The translations under genes and the position numbers were made by a program. A DNA stretch of 64,000 nt from Mycobacteriales bacterium (lineage in GTDB: Bacteria; Actinomycetota; Actinomycetes; Mycobacteriales; QHCD01), in assembly GCA_040414495.1 (NCBI GenBank), contig JBEDUI010000054.1, positions 15,253-79,252 of the forward strand, in the 5' to 3' direction. The notes below the pieces were generated by a model, which was given only the letters and a program-made list of their open reading frames with translations, did no database searches and was not told the origin of the DNA. Positions within the stretch are counted from its first letter, which is position 1; the number at the start of each line of letters is the position of its first letter. Below, in pieces: positions 54,769 through 63,655 of the stretch.

Positions 54769-55767
54769 ATGATGTTTTTCCCGGCCGCCGAGGACGAGTG
54801 GGACGACAAACCGTTCTCACCCGAGGATGTGGCAGTGCTGTTACGGGCGGCGTCGGCAGCGCCTTCTCTGTATAACAGCCAGCCGTGGCGTTTTACGGTC
54901 GTTGATCGCGAGATTGGCGTATTCGCCGATCCGGAGCGCGTCAGTCCCGTGGCCGATCCGGATGGCCGGCAACAAATCATCGCCTGTGCCGCCGCGGTAT
55001 TGAACCTGCGGCTAGCCGTTCGGCATTTGGGTTATCAGCCTCTGGTGTCGCTGTGGCCCAGCCGCGATGATCCCGGTCATCTGGCCACCATACGGCGGGG
55101 TCCCTCAACTGACAGCGGTGTCGCCGAACGTCGGCTCTATGCGCAGATACAGGCCCGGCATACCCATCGGCAGCGTCTGGACGAACGCCCGATATATCCG
55201 GCCGCACGGCAAGCCGTTCGATATGCCGCCGCTATTGAAGGCGCATGGCTGCGTCCCATTGCCGCCGCGGACGAGGTGCGGGACACCATCGATCTGACGA
55301 TTCGCGCCATACGTACGCAGCAATCCGACCCGCGGATTAATGCAGAAATGTGGCACTGGCTCAGCACTGATGCCGGGCCGCAGGGTATGCCGCTCGCGGC
55401 CTGGCGCGGTGCCGCATTTCCGGTACCTGGGTTGGATCAACGGCTCGAGGGTGACTGGCACGATGAGGTGGCCCGCCAGCTGAGCACGTATCCATTCTTT
55501 GTCTTGGCGACGCCGCACGACACCGCGACCGATTGGCTCGTGGCCGGTCAGGCCCTGCAGCGGGCGTTGTTGACCGCCACGGAATTCTATATTGCCGCTT
55601 CCTTTTTCAATCAGATCGTGGAGGTCCCAGCCTTGCGGGTCGAACTGGCCGAGCGGCTTTCGCTCAGCGCGTGTCCACAAATGATTCTTCGGCTGGGCTA
55701 CCGGGTTGCCGGCGTCGACCCGGCAACGATCAACGGTCGTAGGGACCTCTCGGACGTCATTTCCTAA
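54769..55767 (+). CDS. Acg-family nitroreductase-like FMN-binding protein, paralog 2
   Basis: 332 aa. AASAAPSLYNSQPWRFTV. Confidence 0.8.
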   Translation: MMFFPAAEDEWDDKPFSPEDVAVLLRAASAAPSLYNSQPWRFTVVDREIGVFADPERVSPVADPDGRQQIIACAAAVLNLRLAVRHLGYQPLVSLWPSRDDPGHLATIRRGPSTDSGVAERRLYAQIQARHTHRQRLDERPIYPAARQAVRYAAAIEGAWLRPIAAADEVRDTIDLTIRAIRTQQSDPRINAEMWHWLSTDAGPQGMPLAAWRGAAFPVPGLDQRLEGDWHDEVARQLSTYPFFVLATPHDTATDWLVAGQALQRALLTATEFYIAASFFNQIVEVPALRVELAERLSLSACPQMILRLGYRVAGVDPATINGRRDLSDVIS

Positions 55768-55798
55768 CCATCAGCTCCGGCGACATTCTCATCCCGAC

Positions 55799-56674
55799 TT
55801 ACCGGGCGACCGCTACCGGGCAATGCGCCAGTGCCAGCACATGCTGGCTGACCGATCCGAGTAGCAGGCCGGCGAACCCGCCCCGCCCGCGGGATCCCAC
55901 CACGATAAGGGAAGCCGAACGCGCCTTGTCGACCAGCACCCGCCCGGATGCGCCACGGACGATCTCTCGACACACCGGCACCTCGGGATATTTCTCAGCC
56001 CAGGGATCAACGATGGCGTTCATGGTCTCGACTACGGCTAATTGTGCCGCCGAATCGGGTCGGGTCATGACCTGCATGCCATGTCCCGGAAGCATTGGCG
56101 GAACGGTGAATGCGTGTATTACCTGCAGGGGCAGGTCCAGCCGCCTCGCGGTTTCGAACGCGAAAGCCAATACCTTGTCCGCGTGTTCGGAGTTATCGAC
56201 GCCGGCAATGATGGGTCCATCGACGGGAAATCCATCGGTCCGGGTCACCACGACCGGGCCGGACGCGTGTGCCGCCACCTGGGTGCTGGTCGCCCCGACC
56301 ATCAGCCGCTGCATCCGCCCCGACCCGTGGGCGCCCACCACAAGCAGATCGTGCGGCCCGGCAAAGCGGATCAACTGCTCGGCCGGCTGGCCCGAAACGA
56401 GCTCCGGTACCACGCGCAGCCGTGGATACCTTGACCACACGCGGTCGCGCGAATGCCATAAAACCTGCTCGCCACGGGCTCGCAGCTCGGCGGACAGGAT
56501 CGGCTCGGTGGGCAACCAGAATGCGCGATCGGACGGCATGACGAGGCAGAGAAAGAGAATGCGATCCAGCTCGGCGGCACTGCGGGCCGCCCAATCCACG
56601 GCCGACAGGCTGGCCTCGGAACCATCAACTCCTACCAATACCGCGGCATCCGACGGCGTGTGCTGCTCGGACAT
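55799..56674 (-). CDS. universal stress protein (tandem Usp domains)
   Basis: 291 aa. RBS AAGGAGG. VLVGVDGSEAS and IIAGVDNSEHA repeats. Confidence 0.85.
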   Translation of the reverse strand: MSEQHTPSDAAVLVGVDGSEASLSAVDWAARSAAELDRILFLCLVMPSDRAFWLPTEPILSAELRARGEQVLWHSRDRVWSRYPRLRVVPELVSGQPAEQLIRFAGPHDLLVVGAHGSGRMQRLMVGATSTQVAAHASGPVVVTRTDGFPVDGPIIAGVDNSEHADKVLAFAFETARRLDLPLQVIHAFTVPPMLPGHGMQVMTRPDSAAQLAVVETMNAIVDPWAEKYPEVPVCREIVRGASGRVLVDKARSASLIVVGSRGRGGFAGLLLGSVSQHVLALAHCPVAVAR

Positions 56675-56742
56675 GATCCGCCTCCTTTGTCCGCAGATCT
56701 ACTGTCATCAGATCGCAGACGGCTACCGGCCGTAAGAGACAG

Positions 56743-56771
56743 ATGTCCTTTCGCGCTGGGACTTTCGAACC
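56743..56771. promoter_or_regulatory. adjacent DevR/DosR-like boxes ATGTCCTTTCGCGC and GGGACTTTCGAACC in the usp/DUF1876 divergent promoter
   Basis: The second box plus its GAA flank (56758-56774) matches the recalled 17-nt core-plus-flank GGGACTWWAGTCCCSAA at 14/17 positions. Confidence 0.35.
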
Positions 56772-56891
56772 GAACATTCCGCCAAACGCGGCTGGATTGT
56801 TACGGGACTCAGCGAGTGACCAAGGTACCTACCGGCCCAGCCGGCTGCGCGTAATCGTTGCTGTGAAGGTGAATTGGTCGGGAGGTTGGCG

Positions 56892-57146
56892 ATGACGCAC
56901 GTACGAAAGTGGACAGTCGATGTGTTTCTGTTCGAGGACAATGACAAGACAACGGCCAATGCCGAACTGAAGACAGAAGCTGGGAACGTGGTGCGCGGCG
57001 TCGGAACAGCCCATCGCAGCGGCTCGGACCCCGTGGTGCCCGAGATCGGCGCCGAGTTCGCCGCAGGTCGGGCGCTACGTGATCTGGCGCGCAAGCTGAT
57101 GGGTTTTGGTGTCGATGATCTGCAGAGCGTCATCAAACGGCCGTGA
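56892..57146 (+). CDS. DUF1876-domain protein (Rv1738-like)
   Basis: Start set at ATG 56892 (GGGAGG 6 nt upstream). MTHVRKWTVDVFLFEDNDKTTANAELKT...PEIGAEFAAGRALRDLA. Confidence 0.7.
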   Translation: MTHVRKWTVDVFLFEDNDKTTANAELKTEAGNVVRGVGTAHRSGSDPVVPEIGAEFAAGRALRDLARKLMGFGVDDLQSVIKRP

Positions 57147-57158
57147 ACCGGCTCAGCG

Positions 57159-58496
57159 TCAGTCGCGTCCCGCCTGAGCCGGGACAAAGTGGACGGTGAA
57201 CCAGTCCACCGCCAACCAGGACACAGCTTCCAGCGCACCCGGCTCCTCAAACAGATGCGTCGCCTCCGGCACGATCTCGAGCCGGTTTTCGCACCGCAGA
57301 TGGCTCTTCGCTATCCGGTTGAGGTGCAGCACCACCTCGTCGGCACCTCCGACAATAAGCAACGTGGGAGCGCGCACCAGCGCCAGCCGGGGTATCGCAA
57401 GATCGGGCCGACCACCACGGGAAACGACCGCCGCGACCGGGCTGTCCGGTGCGCCGGCCGCCCAGAGCGCCGCCGCCGCGCCGGTACTTGCGCCGAAATA
57501 GCCAATCGGCAACTGGCTGGTCTCCGGCGCGGTACGCAGCCAATTGGTGACATCGGTCAGCCGGTTGGCCAAGAGCCGTATATCGAACACATTGCCACGG
57601 TCGGTTTCCTCCTCGACCGTGAGCAGGTCGACCAGCAAGGTTCCCAATTCATTGGCGTTCAACGCCGCCGCCACATGCCTGTTTCGTGGACTATGCCGCG
57701 AACTGCCGCTGCCATGGGCAAACAGCACCAAGCCGCGCGCCCGCTCCGGCACGTGCAGATGCCCGGCCAACCGGGTCGTGCCGGACGGGATCGAGACATC
57801 GTCATCGCGGTGCTGGGGCCCGACGTCGACCACCGGCTGCTCGACCGGATGCTGTCGCTCGCGCGCCCCGGCCCGCTCCAACAATTCCGTTACGCGCTCG
57901 TCCGGCACCTGATCGAAATGCCGATAAAACTCACCTACGGCGAAAAAGCGGGCCGATTCACGCAGGCATATAACGTCATCAGCGTCGGCTCGCACTACCT
58001 CGCCCAATCCGGCTGGAGCGACCGGAGTCGCGAGCACAATGCGGTTTGCGCCTCTGGCCCGCACGGCCTGGCAGGCGGCACGGGCGGTCGCTCCGGTGGC
58101 GATTCCGTCGTCAACCACAATCGCGGTCCGGCCGTCCAACCGCACCGATGCGCGGCCAGCGCGGAAACGTCGTGCCTGACGTTCGAGCGTTATGCGCTCC
58201 CGATCGGTAATTGCGGCAATATGCTCAGCATCGATCCTGGCCTGCTGAACGACCCGATCGTTGAGCACCCGTACGCCGCCTTCGCCGATCGCGCCCAATC
58301 CCAACTCATGTTGGAAGGGCACACCCAGCTTGCGTACCACGGTGATATCCAGCGGCAAGCCGAGCTTCAGGGCAACCTCGTACGCCACCGGCACACCGCC
58401 GCGGGGCAGTCCGATCACGACCGCGTCGCCGAAATGGTGCTGTTGCAGCTCGGCGGCGAGGCGACGCCCGGCCTGTACCCGATCGCTGAATCGCAT
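57159..58496 (-). CDS. phosphoribosyltransferase fused to dienelactone-hydrolase-like alpha/beta hydrolase (Rv0571c-like)
   Basis: MRFSDRVQAGRRLA... PRT motif IVVDDGIATGAT. C-terminal DLH-like half. GTG 58508 is an alternative start. Confidence 0.8.
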   Translation of the reverse strand: MRFSDRVQAGRRLAAELQQHHFGDAVVIGLPRGGVPVAYEVALKLGLPLDITVVRKLGVPFQHELGLGAIGEGGVRVLNDRVVQQARIDAEHIAAITDRERITLERQARRFRAGRASVRLDGRTAIVVDDGIATGATARAACQAVRARGANRIVLATPVAPAGLGEVVRADADDVICLRESARFFAVGEFYRHFDQVPDERVTELLERAGARERQHPVEQPVVDVGPQHRDDDVSIPSGTTRLAGHLHVPERARGLVLFAHGSGSSRHSPRNRHVAAALNANELGTLLVDLLTVEEETDRGNVFDIRLLANRLTDVTNWLRTAPETSQLPIGYFGASTGAAAALWAAGAPDSPVAAVVSRGGRPDLAIPRLALVRAPTLLIVGGADEVVLHLNRIAKSHLRCENRLEIVPEATHLFEEPGALEAVSWLAVDWFTVHFVPAQAGRD

Positions 58497-58780
58497 GAGC
58501 GGCCTCACAACTGCTGTGTCCTCCGACCTCCCGGTGCGGTCGTCTGATCGCGTCGTTGCACCACAAAGTCCACATAGGATTTTTCGTAGCTGAAATGGCG
58601 CATTCGGGCTCCTCTCGCCGACGGGGCAAGCAGGTAGGTTCAGACAATCTCGCCCACGCTCCGATGGGCAGAGTCTTTAGCCCTCGCTTCAACGGCAAAG
58701 GGCTGGAATTGCCCTGCATCCCCAGCTATCACGTTTTCTGGCATCCAACCCACGTCGGGTACGAAATCCGCGGCAACGTT

Positions 58781-58794
58781 GGGACCTTCGCCTC
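58781..58794. promoter_or_regulatory. DevR/DosR-like box GGGACCTTCGCCTC
   Basis: GGACCTTCGCCTC is identical to 62467-62479. 106-119 nt upstream of the CBS-BON start. Confidence 0.35.
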
Positions 58795-58899
58795 CTGAAC
58801 CACGGGGCTCTTCGGCTTTTACTGGGAGTTGTCAACCCGGAAGACCGACGTTGTCGCCCTTATGCAAGGCGATTCGCTCCAACACGAAGAGGGATCGAG

Positions 58900-59577
58900 A
58901 TGAGACAGGTAACCGCTGGTGATGTCATGACTCGATCGGTGGTGACGAGTCGAGTCGACGAGCCGCTGAAAATAGCCGTAAGCAGGATGATCGACAACAG
59001 GGTCGGCCTATTGCCGGTGACCGACGACGCCCGGCATGTCCTGGGCGTGCTCTCCGAGAGCGACGTCATCCGTAAGCAGGAAAGCCCGACCGGGTCTGAG
59101 CAAGGTCGCGGGCGGTGGCTACGCCGTTTTCCCGAGCGCCAGGTTCGCGGCTCAACGACGGGCGAGATCATGACCACTCCCACCTATACGGTCGAGGAGT
59201 CCACGACCCTGCCCGAGGCCGCGCGGATCATGGATCAGTACGCCATCACCCACCTACCGGTGCTCGACAGCGAGAACCGGTTGATCGGGATCGTGGCTCG
59301 CGCCGACCTGCTGAGCGTTTATCTCAAGAGCGACCAGGAGATTCATGACGCGATTTATCGCGACATCATCGACGAGACCATGATGCTCGACCGGACATCG
59401 GTCACGGTCGCCGTGGAGAACGGAGTCGTCACATTGGCCGGTCGGTTGGAGAGTAGAAATCTCGTTCCGATACTCGTCCAATTCGTCTCGATGCTCGACG
59501 GGGTCGTCGGTGTCAAAAACCACCTGACGTATCGAGAAGACACCGTGGGTCTCCTGCAACAACCGCCCGGCGGCTAA
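58900..59577 (+). CDS. CBS-pair + BON domain protein (Hrp1/Rv2626c-like CBS module)
   Basis: 225 aa. Two CBS motifs, then BON (VTVAVENGVVTLAGRLES...VVGVKNHL). Confidence 0.8.
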   Translation: MRQVTAGDVMTRSVVTSRVDEPLKIAVSRMIDNRVGLLPVTDDARHVLGVLSESDVIRKQESPTGSEQGRGRWLRRFPERQVRGSTTGEIMTTPTYTVEESTTLPEAARIMDQYAITHLPVLDSENRLIGIVARADLLSVYLKSDQEIHDAIYRDIIDETMMLDRTSVTVAVENGVVTLAGRLESRNLVPILVQFVSMLDGVVGVKNHLTYREDTVGLLQQPPGG

Positions 59578-59585
59578 TACGCCGG

Positions 59586-60383
59586 TCAACGATCGAGGGC
59601 GGCTCTGATCAGCCCGTAATGTCCGTCGTACCGGTGGTAGAGCACGCTGGCATGTTCGTCCGCACTGTCCACAAAGAACACGAACGGTAACCCGGCCAGC
59701 TCGAGCCGATCTTTCGCCTCGGCAACGGTGAGCCGTGCCGCAGGTTGCGGGCTCACGGTGATCCGACCCGACGGGTGCCGCGTCGGCGACACCACGGCGG
59801 CAAGGCGATAACCGGTCTCCCCCGACCGGTAGATCACCGATTCCAATCCGGTGTCGACGTCGGTGAACAGATAGAAGTCATAGTCCATCAGGTCCATTTC
59901 GGTGGCGGCGTCCGTGCACGACTCGGGTGTGAGCGCCAGCGATTTACGCCGCACAATTCGGCGCTCCCCAAAAGGCCTCGGGAAATACCCGGGTCGGCGC
60001 GTCGGCTCCTGGCCGTGCCGCCACTCGTGCTCCTCGCTCTTGGGCATGCCACCGCGGCGGGCCTCCCAGTGCCGGGCGAGCCGATCCAGCCGGCGGGATA
60101 ACCGCTCCCGCAACAGGTCGATTGCCTGAGTCATCGTGGGCGCCGCGACCTGCGCGCGTACCAAACGACCATCAAGGTCCAGGTTGGCCTGGGCTATTGC
60201 CGGTCGACTCACTGCCGGGTTCGCCGACTCGGTCAGCTTGGCGCGCGCGAAAAGGATCGGCTCATGGGCGTGATTGGCCAATGCCACAATCCGGGAACGC
60301 ACGTATTCGGGCATGTTTGGGCGCACCTGGCCACGAACCACGACCGCCACATCGGGCATCGGCTGACTCGTACGTTGTCGCAT
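59586..60383 (-). CDS. long hibernation-promoting-factor-like protein (Rv0079-like, S30AE + sigma-54-modulation C-terminal domain)
   Basis: 265 aa. RBS GAGGAGG 7 nt before ATG 60383. Lies 12 nt downstream of ftsH. Confidence 0.8.
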   Translation of the reverse strand: MRQRTSQPMPDVAVVVRGQVRPNMPEYVRSRIVALANHAHEPILFARAKLTESANPAVSRPAIAQANLDLDGRLVRAQVAAPTMTQAIDLLRERLSRRLDRLARHWEARRGGMPKSEEHEWRHGQEPTRRPGYFPRPFGERRIVRRKSLALTPESCTDAATEMDLMDYDFYLFTDVDTGLESVIYRSGETGYRLAAVVSPTRHPSGRITVSPQPAARLTVAEAKDRLELAGLPFVFFVDSADEHASVLYHRYDGHYGLIRAALDR

Positions 60384-60395
60384 TGTCGAACCTCC

Positions 60396-62360
60396 TCACC
60401 CTGAGGTGACTGGCGAGAGCGGCTTGGCTGGCCCACCGTGCACGACTTCGAGCACGACCGACCCGTCGATGGTTTCGTGATAAACGAGGAGGGCCGAAAG
60501 CCGATCCAATGCGTCGCGATGCTCCCGCAACATATCGACCGCCCGCTGCTCCGCCTCTCGCAAAAGCCGCGACACTTCCTCGTCCACGATGCGTTGGGTC
60601 TGCTCGGAGTACGGCCGGCGCACCTGGTCGGCCGCGCTTTCACCGAGGAACTGCGGCTCGCCGGTTCCGTACCCGACCGGACCGACCACTGTGGACAGAC
60701 CGAATTCACGTACCATTCGTGTCGCCACCTGCGTCGCACCGGACAGGTCGTTGGCGGCCCCGGTCGACGCCTCGCCGAATACCACCAGCTCCGCCGCCCG
60801 ACCGCCCAACCGCACGGTCAGCAGATCGGTCAGATAGCCCTCGCTGTACAAATGCCGCTCCGCCTCCGGTAATTGTTCGGTCGAACCGAGCGCCATTCCG
60901 GAGGGCAGGATCGTCACCTTCGCCACCGGGTCGGCGTGCTCGCACAACGCGGCCAGCAACGCGTGCCCGGACTCGTGCACCGCGACCGCATGCCGCTCCT
61001 CGGGCAGCAACGCGTTCGAGGTTTCGCGACGGCCCAGCAGAACCCGGTCGCGGGCGGCGTCGAGATCCTCGCGGGTCAGCAGAGTACGGCCGGCGCGTAC
61101 GGCGTTGATGGCCGCCTCGTTCAGCAGGTTGGCCAGATCCGCGCCGGAAAACCCCGGGGTCGCGCGGGCGGTCACGTCCAGATCGACGTCCTCGGCGAGT
61201 TGCTTGCCCAGCGCGTGCACTTCAAGAATCGCCGCCCGCTCGGCCTGATTCGGCAGCGGCACCACGACCTGCCGGTCGAACCGGCCCGGTCGCAGCAGCG
61301 CCGGATCCAGCGTCTCCGGCCGGTTGGTGGCGGCCAGCACCACGATCCCGCTGCTCTGGTCGAAGCCGTCCAATTCGGCCAGCAACTGGTTGAGCGTCTG
61401 CTCGCGTTCCTCGTGCCCGCCCTGCGCCATTCCGCGGCGACCGCCGATCGCATCCAATTCGTCGATAAAGATGATCGCCGGCGCGCGCTTGCGGGCTTCC
61501 TCGAACAGGTCGCGAACCCGGGAAGCGCCTACACCGACGAACATTTCCACGAACGCCGATCCGGTCACCGAGAGAAATGGCACTTCTGCTTCACCGGCTA
61601 CCGCGCGGGCGAGCAGCGTCTTGCCGGTTCCCGGCGGCCCGACCATGATCACCCCGCGCGGTCCCTTGGCACCAGCGACGACGTACCGGCCCGGATGGCG
61701 CAGGAAATCCACGACCTCGCTGATTTCCTGTTTCACACCGTCATATCCGGCCACATTGGCAAAACGCGTATCGGGCCGGACAGACTCGATGATTTTCGCC
61801 TTGGATCGGCCGAATCCGCTCATTCCGCCGGCCAGCGACCGTTGAGCGCGCCCGCCAATCCAGATAAAGAAACCCACCAGGATCAGGAATGGCAGAAACG
61901 CCAGCAGGGCCGACAGCCAGGCGCTGCCGCTGCTGCGGGTCGCGGTGATCGGCACCTGTTTGGTCCGCAACGCCTGCTGCAGCTGGGAAGTACCCAGCGC
62001 GGTGGGCAGTTGGCTGGTGAAACGCTCGCCGGTCTTCAGCTCACCGGTCACCGCGCCTTTGTCGTTGATCGACACCTCGGAAACGTTGCCCGCCTGAACC
62101 TTTGTGACCAGCGCGGTGTACGAGAGCGACGTCGTCTTATGCGTATTGCTCGACAGACTCGACACGACCAGCACCGCGACCGTTCCGGCGAGGAGAACCG
62201 CCCACAGAACCCATCGCCAGACCGGTGTTTTCGGCGGTGTTGCCGGTGGCGGCGGATCGCGTGGCGGGCCGGGCTTCGGGCTCACCGACAGGTGCCGGTT
62301 GGGCCACTGCGCGGCATTCAACATCCGGACCACAGCGCGTTCTCGCTTCTCATTCGGCAT
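60396..62360 (-). CDS. ftsH: ATP-dependent zinc metalloprotease FtsH
   Basis: 654 aa. Two N-terminal TMs, [26 protein letters not shown]. Confidence 0.85.
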   Translation of the reverse strand: MPNEKRERAVVRMLNAAQWPNRHLSVSPKPGPPRDPPPPATPPKTPVWRWVLWAVLLAGTVAVLVVSSLSSNTHKTTSLSYTALVTKVQAGNVSEVSINDKGAVTGELKTGERFTSQLPTALGTSQLQQALRTKQVPITATRSSGSAWLSALLAFLPFLILVGFFIWIGGRAQRSLAGGMSGFGRSKAKIIESVRPDTRFANVAGYDGVKQEISEVVDFLRHPGRYVVAGAKGPRGVIMVGPPGTGKTLLARAVAGEAEVPFLSVTGSAFVEMFVGVGASRVRDLFEEARKRAPAIIFIDELDAIGGRRGMAQGGHEEREQTLNQLLAELDGFDQSSGIVVLAATNRPETLDPALLRPGRFDRQVVVPLPNQAERAAILEVHALGKQLAEDVDLDVTARATPGFSGADLANLLNEAAINAVRAGRTLLTREDLDAARDRVLLGRRETSNALLPEERHAVAVHESGHALLAALCEHADPVAKVTILPSGMALGSTEQLPEAERHLYSEGYLTDLLTVRLGGRAAELVVFGEASTGAANDLSGATQVATRMVREFGLSTVVGPVGYGTGEPQFLGESAADQVRRPYSEQTQRIVDEEVSRLLREAEQRAVDMLREHRDALDRLSALLVYHETIDGSVVLEVVHGGPAKPLSPVTSG

Positions 62361-62400
62361 TCCGTGTACTCAGTGTCAACGACCACTCGACCGGACGTCA

Positions 62401-62479
62401 GGGTCCTTGTGCCCTCGTTGCTGGGTACAAGGACCAACTGAGAGTCCTTCCGGCGCCCGGCGGCGAGGACCTTCGCCTC
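62401..62479. promoter_or_regulatory. array of four DevR/DosR-like boxes (GGGTCCTTGTGCCC, GGGTACAAGGACCA, GAGTCCTTCCGGCG, AGGACCTTCGCCTC)
   Basis: Box starts at 62401, 62423, 62442 and 62466. Located in the ftsH / 4Fe-4S-gene divergent promoter. Confidence 0.4.
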
Positions 62480-62542
62480 TGGCCGTAGCCGAGGTGGTCG
62501 GCGTTGAGTGCTGGCAAGGGCAGCCCGACCGAGAGGGTGCTG

Positions 62543-63655
62543 ATGGATTCGCCAACCGCGCTGCTCGACCGGGCCGGCCTGGACCGGTTGATCGAGGTCC
62601 TGCGGGCCGACGGATATACCGTGATCGGCCCGACCGTACGCGACAACGCCATCGTGCTGGCTGAGCTTGACTCGGGCGCGGGCCTCCCGGCTGGCTGGGG
62701 CGTACGAACCGGACCGGGACAATACCGGCTGTACCGACGCGACGACGCGGCCGTGTTCGCGCATTCAGCCGGCCCGCAGTCCTGGAAGAACGTGCTGCAC
62801 CCGGCGCGGCGGCGACTGTGGTCTTCGGACTCTCCCGATGAATACGAGCCGGCGCCGAAATACGCCCTATTGGGGGTACGCGGCTGCGATCTGGCCGCCA
62901 TCGGGACGCTCGCCGGAGTGCTCGGTGCGGGCGCACATCCCGACGGCGCATTTCGCCGTACCCATTCCCAGCTGTTTGTGGTGGCGGCCAATTGCACCGA
63001 GCCGGGCGAGGTGTGTTTCTGCACCTCGATGGGCACCGGCCCGGCCGCTGGTCCGGGCTACGACCTGGGCCTGACCGAGCGGATCGACGAAGCCGGTCAC
63101 CGGTTCGTGGTCGATATCGCCAGCGACGCGGGTGCCCGAATAATGGCCCGGATATCGCACAATGACGCGTCGTCTGAGGACATCGCGCAGGCGCGGGCGC
63201 AGGTCGCGGCCGCCGCCGGGCGGATGGGCCGGTCCATGCCCGAGGTCGATCTGCGCGCGCTGTTGCGTGACAACCGGGAATCCCCGCACTGGCAGGACGT
63301 TGCCGACCGCTGCCTGACCTGCGGCAACTGCACAATGGTCTGCCCGACCTGTTTTTGCACCACCACCGAGGATGTCACCGATCTGACCGGCGACCACGCC
63401 GAACGATGGCAACGCTGGGCGTCGTGCTTCGAGCTGGATTTCTCTTACGTACACGGCGGAAATGTGCGTCAGTCCGGCGCCAGCCGCTACCGGCAGTGGA
63501 TGACCCACAAACTCAGCACCTGGTACGACCAATTCGGCAGCTCCGGTTGCGTGGGCTGCGGCCGCTGCATTGCCTGGTGTCCGGTCGGCATCGACATTAC
63601 GGCCGAGGCCGCTGCCCTCGCCGCCGGGTCAGGCGCGGACGATGCGCACCGATGA
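62543..63655 (+). CDS. 4Fe-4S dicluster protein, AsrA/HydB-like (beta subunit of a group-3b-type hydrogenase/sulfhydrogenase module)
   Basis: Start set at ATG 62543 (GAGAGGG upstream; track TTG 62504 possible). [16 protein letters not shown] and [15 protein letters not shown]. Confidence 0.75.
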   Translation: MDSPTALLDRAGLDRLIEVLRADGYTVIGPTVRDNAIVLAELDSGAGLPAGWGVRTGPGQYRLYRRDDAAVFAHSAGPQSWKNVLHPARRRLWSSDSPDEYEPAPKYALLGVRGCDLAAIGTLAGVLGAGAHPDGAFRRTHSQLFVVAANCTEPGEVCFCTSMGTGPAAGPGYDLGLTERIDEAGHRFVVDIASDAGARIMARISHNDASSEDIAQARAQVAAAAGRMGRSMPEVDLRALLRDNRESPHWQDVADRCLTCGNCTMVCPTCFCTTTEDVTDLTGDHAERWQRWASCFELDFSYVHGGNVRQSGASRYRQWMTHKLSTWYDQFGSSGCVGCGRCIAWCPVGIDITAEAAALAAGSGADDAHR

